Shown piece after piece: positions 49,252 through 62,000 of a stretch of 64,000 nt of DNA (within the stretch, counting starts at the first letter, position 1; the number at the start of each line of letters is the position of its first letter). The position numbers and the translations under genes are program-made. The stretch is from assembly GCA_964016885.1 (NCBI GenBank), contig OZ024762.1, positions 1,302,001-1,366,000 of the forward strand, given 5' to 3'. Under the pieces are notes generated by a model. The model did no database searches. It saw nothing but the letters and a program-made list of their open reading frames with translations, and was not told the origin of the DNA. The DNA is from Eledone cirrhosa. Its lineage: Eukaryota.

Positions 49252-50212
49252 CTGTAATTTTAACCATTGGTCAATCAATGATAAACATTGATTGCCAAAT
49301 AAATTAACTATGGAGATATAAAAGATACAGAAGCGAAAACCAATCCAAACCAAACAGTGAGTGTGTTTTATTATTTCTGGCAATATTATAACAATATGAC
49401 TCTCTGCAAATATAACTATATATATATATATATATATATGTATGCATGTATGTATAGTATATTTGGCAATTATACCTTATGATTTACAAAAATGTATTAT
49501 ACCTTTATTGATTTACAAAAATGTATTATACCTTTATTGATTTACAAAAATGTATTTTGTGTGTTGTCCAGCTCGACCATCCCGTCATAATCAAAAGAAA
49601 AGGAACTCAAACGAAAACATTCACTCTAATTTGGTCCAATATGGAAATGGCGATTTGTACATCGATGTTGTTGTTGCTGATTCTTCCAAACACCAAATGT
49701 GGCGGCCAAATGAAATGTTTGACGCTATCATCACAGACCGTAAGCATTTAAGAAAACTATTTACATTTTTTTTTTTCCTTTAAATTTCTTGATACCAACC
49801 TGGAGAAAACCAGCTCTGGTTCTGTGAAACAAAACTACTTTGTGCATAAATACAAAGTTATGGTGGTACCACAACATCCAGTCCAAACTAATGAGGTCCT
49901 GTAGGTGTCATGACACTGAAAAATATATATATATATATTATATATAAATTTTTCTCTTTTTTTTCAGCTCCTTATGGTATTAGGGAACCTGCCAAAAAAA
50001 TTTCTGCAAAAAAGAAAAGGAACTCCTCTCCTGATGGGTTTGTTATTTCTTCTTCTCTGGAATATTTTTGTTTTCTATTTTAATATTTATTTAACAAAAA
50101 CAAATAAAAGTTCTTAAGACCTTTTACCTTGCCAAAACAGGAGTTAATCTTTTCAGAGTTTCAATAATTGTGAGTGCATATACATATACGTACATATATA
50201 TATATATATATT

Positions 50213-50311
<99 letters not shown>

Positions 50312-51173
50312 CTATATATATATATATATTATATATATATATATATTATATATATATATATATATTATATATATATATATATATTATATATATATATATA
50401 ATATATATATAATATATAATAACGTGAACGGCAAAGCATAAACGAACTAAGGAATAAATTAGAGATAAGAGGGATCAGATGTTGTTTACTCGAGAGAAGG
50501 CTACGTTGGTATGGACACGTGATGCGCATGAAAGTCGATAGCTGTATAACAAAGTGCAGGGCAATAAAGATAGACGGTAGTCACGGAATAGGCAGACCTA
50601 GAAAAACCTGGGACGAGCTGATAAACTCCGACATCACACACTTACACCTCTCCAAGACAATGTCACTGGACCGAGACCTTTGGCGGTACTCAGTAACAGA
50701 GAAGACCCGCCTTACCTAAATATATAGTAAAACCTACTCCAGCCAGTAGGCATCTCTAACAAATACACCCCGTCCCACCACCCCCACCCGATCCACACCA
50801 CCCCGTTCTATGTAAAGTTATGTTGGTGCCGCGCCATCGAGGCCGAAACAAATGAGATCGTGTAGGTGTCACGACAAAAAACACACAGTCCACGCTGTAA
50901 TGTGGCCGTGTAGGCAACACGGTAAAAACCTCCCAGACCCACACTGTAAATGTGGTTGGTGTTAGGAAGGGCATCCAACTGTAGAAAACCTGCCAGACAG
51001 TCCTATGCGAGCAAGACAATCACTCTTGCCTCAAGTGGGACTACCCCCGTCCAAACCCATGCAAGCGTGGAACACGGACGTTAAACGCTGATGATGATGA
51101 TGATGATGATATATATATATATATTATATTATATATATATATATAATATATATGTATATATATATATATAATA

Positions 51174-51212
<39 letters not shown>

Positions 51213-51620
51213 TGTATATATATATATACATGTATATACATATATATATATGTGTGTGTATATGTATATATCATTTCATCATCATTTCATTTTACGTCCG
51301 CTTTTCCCTGCTTGCAAGGCTGGGACGGGAACTGATTCTGGCTTGATTTCTACAGCTGGATGCCCTTCCTAGCACCAACCTCATTTACAGTGAGTGCTGG
51401 GTGCTTTTTAGTCGTGGCACCTCCACGACCACTTTGCAGTGGAATGATAGGGACCCCAGTCCCTATCATCTCATTTCTACAGCTGAGTAAACTGGAGCAA
51501 TGTGAAATAAAGTGTCTTGCTCAAGGAAACAACATATCACCCGGTCTGAGAATTGAACTCACAACCTTTCGATTGCAAGGCCAATGCTCTAACCACTAAG
51601 CCATGTGCCTCCACATTATG

Positions 51621-51688
<68 letters not shown>

Positions 51689-53112
51689 GTTTAACGTCCA
51701 TGTTCCACGCTTGCATATATATATATATGTATGTATGTATGTATATGTGTGTGTATTTACATATATGTATATGTGTGTGCATATATATATGTGTGTGTGT
51801 GTATACACACACACACACACACAAAGAAAACGACATGCGCATGAACACAGATTATTTTCCATTCACAAATAATTAAATACGGAAGTATGTAGTATAATGT
51901 CTTAAAACATTAAACTGTATTTTGTTCCAGTTGTCAGAATCACCTCCCATCTAAAACACAGTATCAGCTCTCAGACATCTTCAAAGATCTCCTGAATTTT
52001 GCTGCCAAATATCTTGTCTTAAATGGCCGCCTGGTCTACTGGTTGCCTGTTTATCGACCAGAGTAAGTATTTATTGTTAAATATTCTTTTTCTTCTTCCC
52101 TCACTTATTCCGGAGAGGATCATGAGAGCAGAGTCCTCAACACTCCCTCTAGTGGGTCCTGTCAGAAGCAACTGTCTCCAGCTGAATCCCCCAAGCGAGA
52201 CCTGCCAAGTTCAAGGATGTTATCCAACCATCTTTGCTGGGGGTCTACTCCTGGGTCTCCTGTCGGTTGATTTTGCCCATAAAATCTGTCCAGAGATTCT
52301 TTCCTGAGACATTCTAACCACGTGTCCATAGTATCGGAGCTGTGATCTCTCAATTCAGAGAAGTAGCAGCTCTACCTGGGGTGACTCTCTAATCATTTTG
52401 TTACAGGTACCAAGATGAAAATGTCCCTGTACATCCTAACCTCAAACTAGTCGCTAACTGTGAACAACCTCTCTCAACAAAGGTGGCACGGCGCTTGATT
52501 ACAATGGAGAAGTTCAGGTGTTTCCAGGTAAGTCTCCAACAACAACAACAATTGCTATAATACTTTTGACACCAAACTGGCTAGAACCACCCCTGCTTCT
52601 AGGAAACAAAGCTACCCATTTTAAAGGGCTCCCATTTAAATTAAAATCTTCCAAAATAATTTTACAAGGGTCAGCTGAGTAGTTCATAGTCTGACCAAGA
52701 TACTCTCATGGAATGACCAAATGAGGTTTATTTGCAGTTATTAATAAGAGTTGAAATTAATACATGTAAGATTTCACAGTCTCCTTTCTCCCTCTACTCC
52801 TCATCAGATATAAAACTCTCTCCATTTCACCAGGGGAATCTTTTTTGTGTGTTTTTACTCGGGGTCTATATAAACACCCCACCCCCATCTCCACATATTG
52901 CTGTAGTATTGTGCCATCGAAAACTACTAGAAACCATTTTTATATTTCATATTTTTAATGTCATAATTTTCACACACCACCACCAACGCTCCCCCCCTCT
53001 CTCTCTCTCTCTTCAGGAAAGTTCCGGAGATGCCAGTAGTTCCGGAGAAGCTGCCTCTGTGGTGTTGGACCATTATGCCAACGCCACCTTTCGACAGAAA
53101 TATTTTGAATGA
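42213..53112 (+). CDS. TRMT11: tRNA (guanine(10)-N2)-methyltransferase TRMT11, complete (~453 aa)
   Basis: 14 exons: 42213-42287 ([16 protein letters not shown]), 43747-43815, 44321-44394, 44637-44718, 45228-45320, 46230-46373, 47449-47509, 47816-47911 ([23 protein letters not shown]), 48574-48654, 49572-49739 (FDAIITD), 49968-50037 (PPYGIRE), 51931-52062 (GRLVYWLP), 52407-52527 (RRLITMEK), 53017-53112 (FRQKYFE*). SAM-binding motif DPFVGTGS and catalytic DPPY present. Confidence 0.95.
44029..44064 (-). ncRNA. Minimal hammerhead ribozyme motif (same family)
   Basis: Exact reverse complement of the 19601-19636 motif. Confidence 0.68.
46832..47292. repeat. 48-bp minisatellite, same family as 2215-2705
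   Basis: Near-identical unit, ~9.5 copies. Confidence 0.92.
47604..47830. repeat. 40-41-bp tandem repeat overlapping the TRMT11 exon-8 acceptor
   Basis: GTTGT(A/G)GGTAA(C/T)ACCAGCATGATGTTGGACTATACCATTCT x5 plus the true exon start. Confidence 0.88.
49116..49214. mobile_element. Tc1/mariner-type MITE (~100 bp)
   Basis: [38 protein letters not shown]; partial copies at ~38130-38227 and ~43290-43380. Confidence 0.65.
50423..50720 (+). mobile_element. RTE-clade LINE 3' fragment
   Basis: [44 protein letters not shown]. Confidence 0.78.
51275..51613 (-). mobile_element. SINE family A, full length
   Basis: Reverse complement of the 10697 copy. Confidence 0.85.
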
Positions 53113-53134
53113 CTGACTGGACAGCTGAGTCAGG

Positions 53135-53545
53135 GAGAGAGAGAGAGAGAGAGAGAGAGACTGACTCACATATACAGTCAGAGAGAGAGAGAGAGAGAGA
53201 CTGACTAACTCAAATATACAGTCAGAGAGAGAGAGACTGACTGACTGACTCACATATACAGTCAGAGAGAGAGAGAGAGACTGACTCACATATACAGTCA
53301 GAGAGAGAGAGAGACTGACTGACTCACATATACAGTCAGAGAGAGAGAGAGAGACTGACTAACTCACATATACAGTCAGAGAGAGAGAGAGAGAGACTGA
53401 CTGACTCACATATACAGTCAGAGAGAGAGAGAGAGAGAGAGAGACTGACTAACTCACATATACAGTCAGAGAGAGAGAGAGACAGGAGGTATGAGAGAGA
53501 GAGAGAGAAAGAAAGATAGAGAGACTGAGTGACTCACATACAGAG
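53135..53545. repeat. Compound repeat in TRMT11 3' UTR
   Basis: CTGACTCACATATACAGTCA plus (GA)n, ~8 units. Confidence 0.88.
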
Positions 53546-53734
53546 AGAGAGAAGGAGAGAGCATTTTAGACCTGGAAAAATCCATCACCTCTCCAGAGCT
53601 GATTTCTTCCGGAGAAGGAAAGAGAGTGAGAAAATGAAAGAGAGGAAGTGAGAAAGAGATATAGAGGAATAATCGACCCCAGTATTAAACTGGTAATTTT
53701 TTTGCTTGTACATATAGCCCTGTATTTATATGAA

Positions 53735-53740
53735 AATAAA
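53735..53740 (+). terminator. Candidate polyadenylation signal of TRMT11
   Basis: AATAAA ~620 nt after the stop codon, with GU/U-rich sequence downstream. Confidence 0.45.
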
Positions 53741-53991
53741 TTTGTACACTCTATCCACCAGTTTTGAGTACTTTTTCAGTTAATGCTTTTAATACTGTGG
53801 TATTTTAAACACACATCCCACTATATATAAATGTAAGTTTGCATTATATATATATATATATGTATATGTATATATAAATATATGTGTGTGTGTGTGTATG
53901 TATAAAACTTGCTGCCTGTGTTCTCTTTGTTTCATTTATCAACTATATATATATATGTATATGTATGTATATATATGTATATGTATGTATG

Positions 53992-54035
<44 letters not shown>

Positions 54036-54869
54036 TATATATACTGTTGTACATATATATACGTAGTAACTTGCTGATGAGATCATAAAACTAAAACAAA
54101 TACTCTAAGTACCTATATCACCAGACATAACAAAGCCTGTCTAAAAACGAAAAAACTAAACAATGCAGATGAACTGATGGACCAGATGCTGAGGGTAATG
54201 ACAGGCCAGTCAGAAACTAGAACATTCTTGAAGACTAAAATAACTAATCAGAAAACTAATAGAACTTAACATACAGAAGACCCATATACCAATCTACTTC
54301 ACTACTGGGTGGACATGCATGGCCACCGGCATATCACTGATTGCATAACTGCACCAATGATTGTGTAAGCATCTGATGAAGTCACATGCATAACCATGTA
54401 ACAGAAATATGTATAATGTAATAAACAATTGTTATAAAGAATTGAGAAGAAAAAAACCCAGTCCACGCTGTAAAGTGGTTGTGTAGGAGACAGGAAAAAA
54501 GCTCCCAGTCCATACTGTCAAGTGGTCGTGTAGGAGACAGTAAAAAAGCTCCCAGTTCCACACTGTAAATGTGGTTGGTGTTAGGAAGAGCATCCAGCCT
54601 TAGAAAAGCTGCCAGACAGTCCTCCTGTACAAGTGAGACATGGTCTCCCGACCAATCTTGCCTCAAGTGTGACAATTCCTCGTCTAACTCAAGCTAGCGT
54701 TGCAGATGGACATTAATCGATGATGATGACGAGACTGTTTCAAAAGCCAGTTCCAGATATGTATATATAGGTTTAAGAGTCAAACTAATTACTACATGGT
54801 ATATTTATTACTAATAAATTTTAATTTCCTTCTATATTTGAAAGAATCCTTTGTAAATTTATTCAATAA

Positions 54870-55050
54870 TTGTTTCTACTTTAGGCACAAGGCCAGCAAT
54901 AACCCAGTACATTACTGGTACTTTATTTTATCGACTCCATAAAGATGAAAGGCAAAGTTAATCTCGGCGAGATTTGAACTCAGATCGTAAAGGGATGTAA
55001 CTATGCTGCAAAGCATGGGGTCCGACCCTCTATCGATACTGCCAATCATT
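54870..55050 (-). mobile_element. tRNA-derived SINE family B (MetaSINE-like), representative copy
   Basis: On the - strand: B box GAGTTCAAAT, then GCCTTTCATC..GTCGATAAAATAAAGTACCAGT (Meta-domain-like). Many other copies at ~5255, 8235, 21660, 21800, 24790, 36860, 37410, 41630, 41830, 43425, 57570, 57790, 59405. Confidence 0.75.
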
Positions 55051-56251
55051 TAAACCCTGGTTATTTTAGTCTTTGTGAAGGTGCATTGTATTGTGGTTAA
55101 GGAACTTGGCTCACGGTCGTGGATTCAATGCTCCGGTGACGCGTTGTGTCCTTGAGCAAGACATTTTATTTCACGTTGCTCCAGTCCACTCTGCTGGCAA
55201 AAATGAGTTGTACCTGTAAATTCGGAAGGCCAGCCTTGTCACAGTCTGTGTCACGCTGAATCTCCCTGAGAACTACGTCATTGGTGCTCGTGTTTCAGTA
55301 ATGCTCAGTCACTTGCACATTAATTTCACGAGCAGGCTGTTCTGTTTGTCGTATCAATTGGGGGACTCGTCGTCGCAACCGACGGAGTGCCGCTATTTTA
55401 TTCATTGTAATTTTTTTTTTTTTCCGTATCGGAAATAATCAGTTATCAAAATAAAAGTAATATAAATAATGACTATATGTTGGTCTAAATACAATAATTA
55501 ATACCAGAATAACGCTACCATAAAGTTATTTTCATAAAGACATTGTCTAGAAGGATTAACTCCCCTTGATTTCATCAGCCAGTGCAGTTGCTGCTGCGAT
55601 AAACGTCATCAACACGTGCGTGAAACGTTTCTTCTGCTGGTGCTGCATTAAACGACATCAAAATGTGAGTAAATTGTACCCCCTGGCCTCGTGTTTTTTC
55701 TCTGTGTCTGTCTATGTGTGATAAAATACGCTCTACATATGGTGAGAATTACATCTTTAATAAAAATACTTCAGTATAATTAGCAGCCACAACTAACAGA
55801 AAATACAAACATTTATACCCTCAGAAATTAAGCGATTCGAATGAAAAACAATTCGGGTATGTAAATAACCTGGTTATTTTTTACTATTTAATATATATTT
55901 GCGCTTATATATATATGTATATATATATATGTATATATATATATACACACACACACATATAGTCTAGAGTTTCTTTCGACCGAAATAGTTCTAGTCCTGT
56001 AGAAATCATTTCTATATTAAACTTGATGTTTATACTCTACTAATGAATTGAGTACCTTACTGTGGTGACCCCCGATTGACCTGGGACTGACATACACATA
56101 CATACACACACACATATATAGATAGGTGTGTGTGTATACAGATTTTTTAAGTTTTAAATGTATACATAACTAAGATTCCAAATTGTTCACAGTTCTTTTA
56201 GAATGAAAATATATAAACACAACAAATATGATTAATTATTGCTAGGAAATT

Positions 56252-56286
<35 letters not shown>

Positions 56287-56791
56287 GTTTATCCCAGGTT
56301 CAATTAGAGGTAACCACAGTAAGTAAGGTACTCAATACATAGCAGAGTATAAATATTTAATATAGAAATGGCTTCTACAGGACTAGAACTGTTTCATTCA
56401 GGAGAAATCATCAGGAAAGCCTGTATTGAGTACCTTACTTACTGTGGTTACCTCCGATTGAAACCGAGATAAACACACACACATATATAGAGAGAGAGCG
56501 AGGGGCACTCCGTCGGTTACGACGACGAGTGTTCCAGTTGATCCGATCAAGGGAACAATCTGCTACTCGTGAAATTAACGTGTAAGTCGCTGAGCATTTC
56601 ACAAACACGTGTCTCTTCACGTAGTTCTCAGGGCCATTCAAATTACTGGTACAACTTATTTTTTGCCAGCTGAGTGAACTGGGGCAACGTTAAATAAAGT
56701 GTCTTGCTTAAGGACACAACACGTCGCTGGGAATCGAACTCACGACTTTACGATTGTGAGCCGAGAACCCCAACCACAAAGTCACGCGTCT

Positions 56792-56834
<43 letters not shown>

Positions 56835-56912
56835 ATATATATATATGTATTGAAGTTTCCGTTGAAAATTGAAAAAGTCAGAAGAATGAAGAGTGCTCTA
56901 CGTAAGTTACAG

Positions 56913-57311
56913 GGCACTACCATGTTATTAGCTGTCAGAAGTGAAAGTTTCGCCAACATTCTCAATCATAAACATCGTTTATTTCCGTATTACCACGCGT
57001 TATTTTAATAAAGCATATCGATGTAAGTGGAGTTACTTAAATGAAAATATAGGTGGCCCTTAAAAGGGCCAAATTAGAAAATATAAATGATTAAATCCAA
57101 TTTATTTGATAACCATGACCTGTTTCCTAATTAACTTAAATTTGTTTTCTAATTTGGCCCTTTTAAGGGCCACATATTTTCATTTAAGTAACTCCACTTA
57201 CATCGATATGCTTTATTAAAATAACGTGTGGTAATACGGAAATAAACGATGTTTATGATTGAGAATGTTGACGAAACTTTCACTTCTGACAGCTAATAAC
57301 ATGGTAGTGCC
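56913..57311. mobile_element. Foldback MITE, 399 bp, ~170-bp TIRs, 6-bp TSD TTACAG
   Basis: GGCACTACCATGTTATTAGCTGTCAG...CTGACAGCTAATAACATGGTAGTGCC; TTACAG at 56907-56912 and 57312-57317. Confidence 0.88.
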
Positions 57312-57444
57312 TTACAGAGCTAAATAATTAAAGTATAATAAACAATACAATATATATCTATTTATGTGTGTATATATATATATATGTATGTATATATAAA
57401 TGTATATATCTATTTATATATGTGTGTGTATATATGAATATATA

Positions 57445-57478
<34 letters not shown>

Positions 57479-58004
57479 GTAGTAGTAGTAAATACGGAGA
57501 CCAAGCTGTAAGGTGGACTCCTATAAAGGTTATAGCAGGAATTGTTTAAATATTTAATCTCTCCCAATAATAATTGTTTCTACGTTAGGCACAAGGCCAG
57601 CAAATACCCAGTGTATTACTGGTACTTTATTTTATCGACCCTGTAAGGATGAAAGGCAAATCTAACCTCGGCGGGATTAGAACTCAGACCGTGAAGGGCC
57701 GTAACTCTATGCTGCAAAGCATGGCGTCCGACTCTCTTGGTTTCTGATGAAGGTATAACGCCGACAATTTTGGTTGAGGGGCGTGGGAGTCGATTAAATC
57801 GATCGCAGTACATTACTGGTACTTTATTTTATCAACACACGGTCATGAGGATGAAAGGCAAAGCTAACCTCTGAGCTTTGAACTCAGAATGTAAAGGGAC
57901 GTAACTATGACGCTTTACCGACGGACACGGCTACTAATCTACTAATATATGTTTTGTACGTCACGCAAAGGGATGTAACTCATCTATGTTCAGATGTGTA
58001 AGGT

Positions 58005-58950
58005 AAAGAAAGCCTTTACTGTGACAATACAATAGTATATATAGAGTAATGTAAATGTTATGTGAGATATTATGTGAGGTAAAGCCTTTACTGTGACAAT
58101 ATAATAGTATATATAGAGTAATGTAAATGTTATGTGAGATATTATGTGAGGTAAAGCCTTTACTGTGAAAATACAATAGTATATATAGAGTAATGTAAAT
58201 GTTATGTGAGATATTATGTGAGGTAAAGCCTTTACTGTGAAAATACAATAGTATATATAGAGTAATGTAAATGTTATGTGAGATATTATGTGAGGTAAAC
58301 CTTTACTGTGAAAATACAATAGTATATATAGGGTAATGTAAATGTTATGTGAGATATTATGTGAGGTAAAGCCTTTACTGTGACAATACAATAGTATATA
58401 TAGAGTAATGTAAATGTTATGTGAGATATTATGTGAGGTAAAGCCTTTACTGTGAAAATACAATAGTATATATAGAGTAATGTAAATGTTATGTGAGATA
58501 TTATGTGAGGTAAACCTTTACTGTGAAAATACAATAGTATATATAGGGTAATGTAAATGTTATGTGAGGTAAAGCCTTTACTGTGATAATACAATAGTAT
58601 ATATAGAGTAATGTAAATGTTATGTGAGATATTATGTGAGGTAAAGCCTTTACTGTGAAAATACAATAGTATATATAGAGTAATGTAAATGCTATGTGGG
58701 ATATTATGTGAGGTAAAGCCTTTACTGTGAAAATACAATAGTATATATAGAGTAATGTAAATGCTATGTGGGATATTATGTGAGGTAAAGCCTTTACTGT
58801 GAAAATACAATAGTATATATAGGGTAATGTAAATGTTATGTGAGGTAAAGCCTTTACTGTGATAATACAATAGTATATATAGAGTAATGTAAATGTTATG
58901 TGAGGTAAAGCCTTTACCATGAAAACAAATATAGAGTAATGTAAATGTTA
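58005..58950. repeat. 60/72-bp satellite derived from the piggyBac-like MITE interior
   Basis: TGTGAGGTAAAGCCTTTACTGTGAAAATACAATAGTATATATAGAGTAATGTAAATGTTATGTGAGATATTA; smaller arrays at 45480-45750 and 48215-48490. Confidence 0.93.
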
Positions 58951-59019
58951 AAGAGTTAATCTTGTTCAATTTCAGAAGTGAGGCAGATTTAAAGAGAAGC
59001 AGACAAACTGGGAACAGCT

Positions 59020-62000
59020 ATGGACAACACAGCAAGTTCCCAGGGTCCAGTGAACCCGGAGCGGCACACTACTCCGATGAAGGCTGTGAACCCTAACCAA
59101 CACGATAGCAGTCTGAAGAGAAAAGAGAGAAAAAAACAGAAGAAGGGTTTAGAAGGGAAGGTTAACAAAGCCCCTTCTCTCAGTGGCAAAGTCTGTGATA
59201 ATACAGAAGAAAATGTGATTCACAAAACCAACTGCTTGGATGTGAATATTGTGTCCCCAGCCAAGACAGATGACGCAGTACAAGTTCTTCAGGACAAATC
59301 AAATGTTGAGGTAAGACGAAGTTTTATAAGGGCCTCTGATTTGGGGGAAGGGGGAAAGTCAATTAAATCAACCCATTGCGTTACTGGTACTTTATAATAA
59401 TTATGGCACAAGGCCAGCAATTTTGGGGTGGAGGGGGAAGTCAATTAAATTGACCCCAGTGCATTACTGGTACTTTATTTTATCAACCCTGTAAGGATGA
59501 AAGGCAAAATTATCCAACATTGTGTTGAATTCCACCTGAGAAAAATCACCTGATGTTGAGGTGAGGCATAGGGCAGAAAAGTGTGGGAACCACTGGGTTA
59601 GTCCATCTAAAATTCCTTAAAGAACGGCAGCATGTGAGTACCAACACTACCGAGTGTCAACACCACCGAGAGTCAACACCACTGAGAGTCAACAGCCCCG
59701 AGTGTCAAGACCACCGGGAGTCGACACTACCAAGTGTCAATACCGTTGAGTGTCAACACCACCAAGTGTCAACACCACCGAGTGTCAACACCACCAAGTG
59801 TCAACACCACCAAGTGTCAACACCACCAAGTGCCAACACCACCAAGTGCCAACACCACCAAGTGTCAACACCACCAAGTGCCAACACCACCGAGATTCAA
59901 CACCCCCGAGTGTCAACACCACCGAGTGCCAACACTACCGAGTGTCAAGGCCATCGAGAGTCAACACCACCGAGAGTCAACACCACCGAGAGTCAACACC
60001 ACCGGGTGTCAACGCTAGCGAGTGTCAACACCACCGAGTGTCAACACCACCGGGTGTCAACACTGCCGAGTGTCAACACCTCCGGGTGCCAACACCCCCG
60101 AGTGTCAACACCACCGGGTGTCAACACTACCGGGTGTCAACACTACCGAGTGTCAACACCACCGAGTGTCAACACCACCGGGTGTCAACACTACCGAGTG
60201 TCAACACCACCGAGTGCCAACATCATTAAGAGAAGACTCACTATGGCTTCATCGCTGGAATCTGTAGTCCTGTAACTCCTGAGGGAGTTGTGGGGTCGCC
60301 ATATTGTCATACAGTGTTTCTAGGGCATTTTCAAAACCAGGTCTAAATACGGCAGATTTGTTCCAGAGAAGGATAGAGTGAGTGAGGGAATGGAAATGAG
60401 AAAGAACCGGACCCCAGTACTAGACTGGTACTTTTTTATCGACCTCTAATGGATGAAAGGCAATGTTGACCTTGGGACTCTGGAATGACTAGACACTCAT
60501 TCTGTCTGTGCATCAACATGAGATATTCTTCTCCACAAAGTTTGATCAGCAACAGCAGAGTTTAAAGAGGAACAGTCAAGTCCAGTCCATAAGTTGACAT
60601 TATCAAGCCAACGTTTTGGCTGTTGACCCTTGTTTCTCTTACCGGCTAAATTTCCGTCTAGGCATAACTCACACCACGAGTTGATCTTGGGACATTTTAA
60701 TACCAAACATAAAATAAACTGAGTTTTTTTTTTTAGGATTGGTGGGAAGTACCCCTTCCCCTGCCTCTGATGTCCGGCATCCAAATAAATGGTTCTGTAC
60801 CTCTAGCTAATGTTTACCTGTAATTCTTTGTCCTGTCAGGTGAAGCCATCTTCTGATGGTCAGAAAGCTGAAGAGAAATCTGCAAAGAAAGAAAAACAAA
60901 AAGAATACAAAAACACCAACAAAGAAAAAAAATGCCCAGCTGAAGGGGGTTGCACGTCCCCTCTGGGTGAGGGGCAGGTTCCAAAGTCAAAAGCACAAAT
61001 TACTGCCGAAAGACGAATGAAACAGGTAAAAATAAAAATTTAAAAAAAAATCATTTTAGCATTTAAATCGGCCATATTTGGCCAGAAGTCTCTCACCTCT
61101 TTCTGTTCAAACCAGCTGTAACCAGCTGCTCATACTGATGTTAAGGTATTGTTCTCAAAATCTCATAGATTCAATGTTATGTGAGATAAAGACTTTACTG
61201 TGAAAATACAATAGTATATATAGAGTAATGTAAATGTTATGTGAGGTAAAGCCTTTACTGTGAAAATACAATAGTATATATATAGTAATGTAAATGGTAA
61301 AGGGTTAAATCCTTATTTAATGTTACGACGGTAGATTGGTAGAGCATCGGTTGTGCGTTCAAATCCTGTTTAAGGACAGTAAAGTTATATTACCAGGACC
61401 CCACATCTAAACCAGCTAGCTTTGACTTTCTGACAAAGTTATTAGAACATCTGACAATGAAATGTTACCTGTATTAGTTCAGTATCCAGTGAAATGTTAC
61501 CTGTATTATTTCTAGGAGGCTCAGAGGGCTGCAAAGCTGGAGAGACAACAGGCCAAAGGTCAAGGTACAGCTGCAGGTAAGTTGTTTTATGTTGTAATTA
61601 ACGTAATTTTAATGGATTTAATTAACTAATTAACTAGAAGCTTTCTTGACATATAAATATATATATATGAGGTCTGATAGTATACAGTTATATAACTGCT
61701 ATAGATCAGACAATATGGTCAACCCTCTGAAACGATTGTAAAACAATGATATGAATAGGTAAAATAACTTGACTTTGTTGTTATTTTCCTTGTTAAATTA
61801 ATACCTTATATATATATATAAATGAAGAGGGAATAACCAAGTTACACTTAAAACATAAATTTAATTATACATGTTACAGTGTATAACCTTATATATATAT
61901 ATTGTATTTTTTTTTAAATAATAATTTCAGGTAGTAAGAAAGAAGCTCTTCGTGTACCAACACATTTGAGAGCTGATGATGAAGCTAAACAAAGGAAGTT

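Noticed and set aside
53110-53135. Stop-codon readthrough (TGA-CTG) in TRMT11
   Set aside because: The protein already ends at the conserved FR.KYF motif, and an extension would run into a GA microsatellite.
59583-60275. Mucin-like 230-aa ORF
   Set aside because: 16-bp minisatellite open in all three frames within an EIF2B4 intron; the flanking exons join in phase without it.
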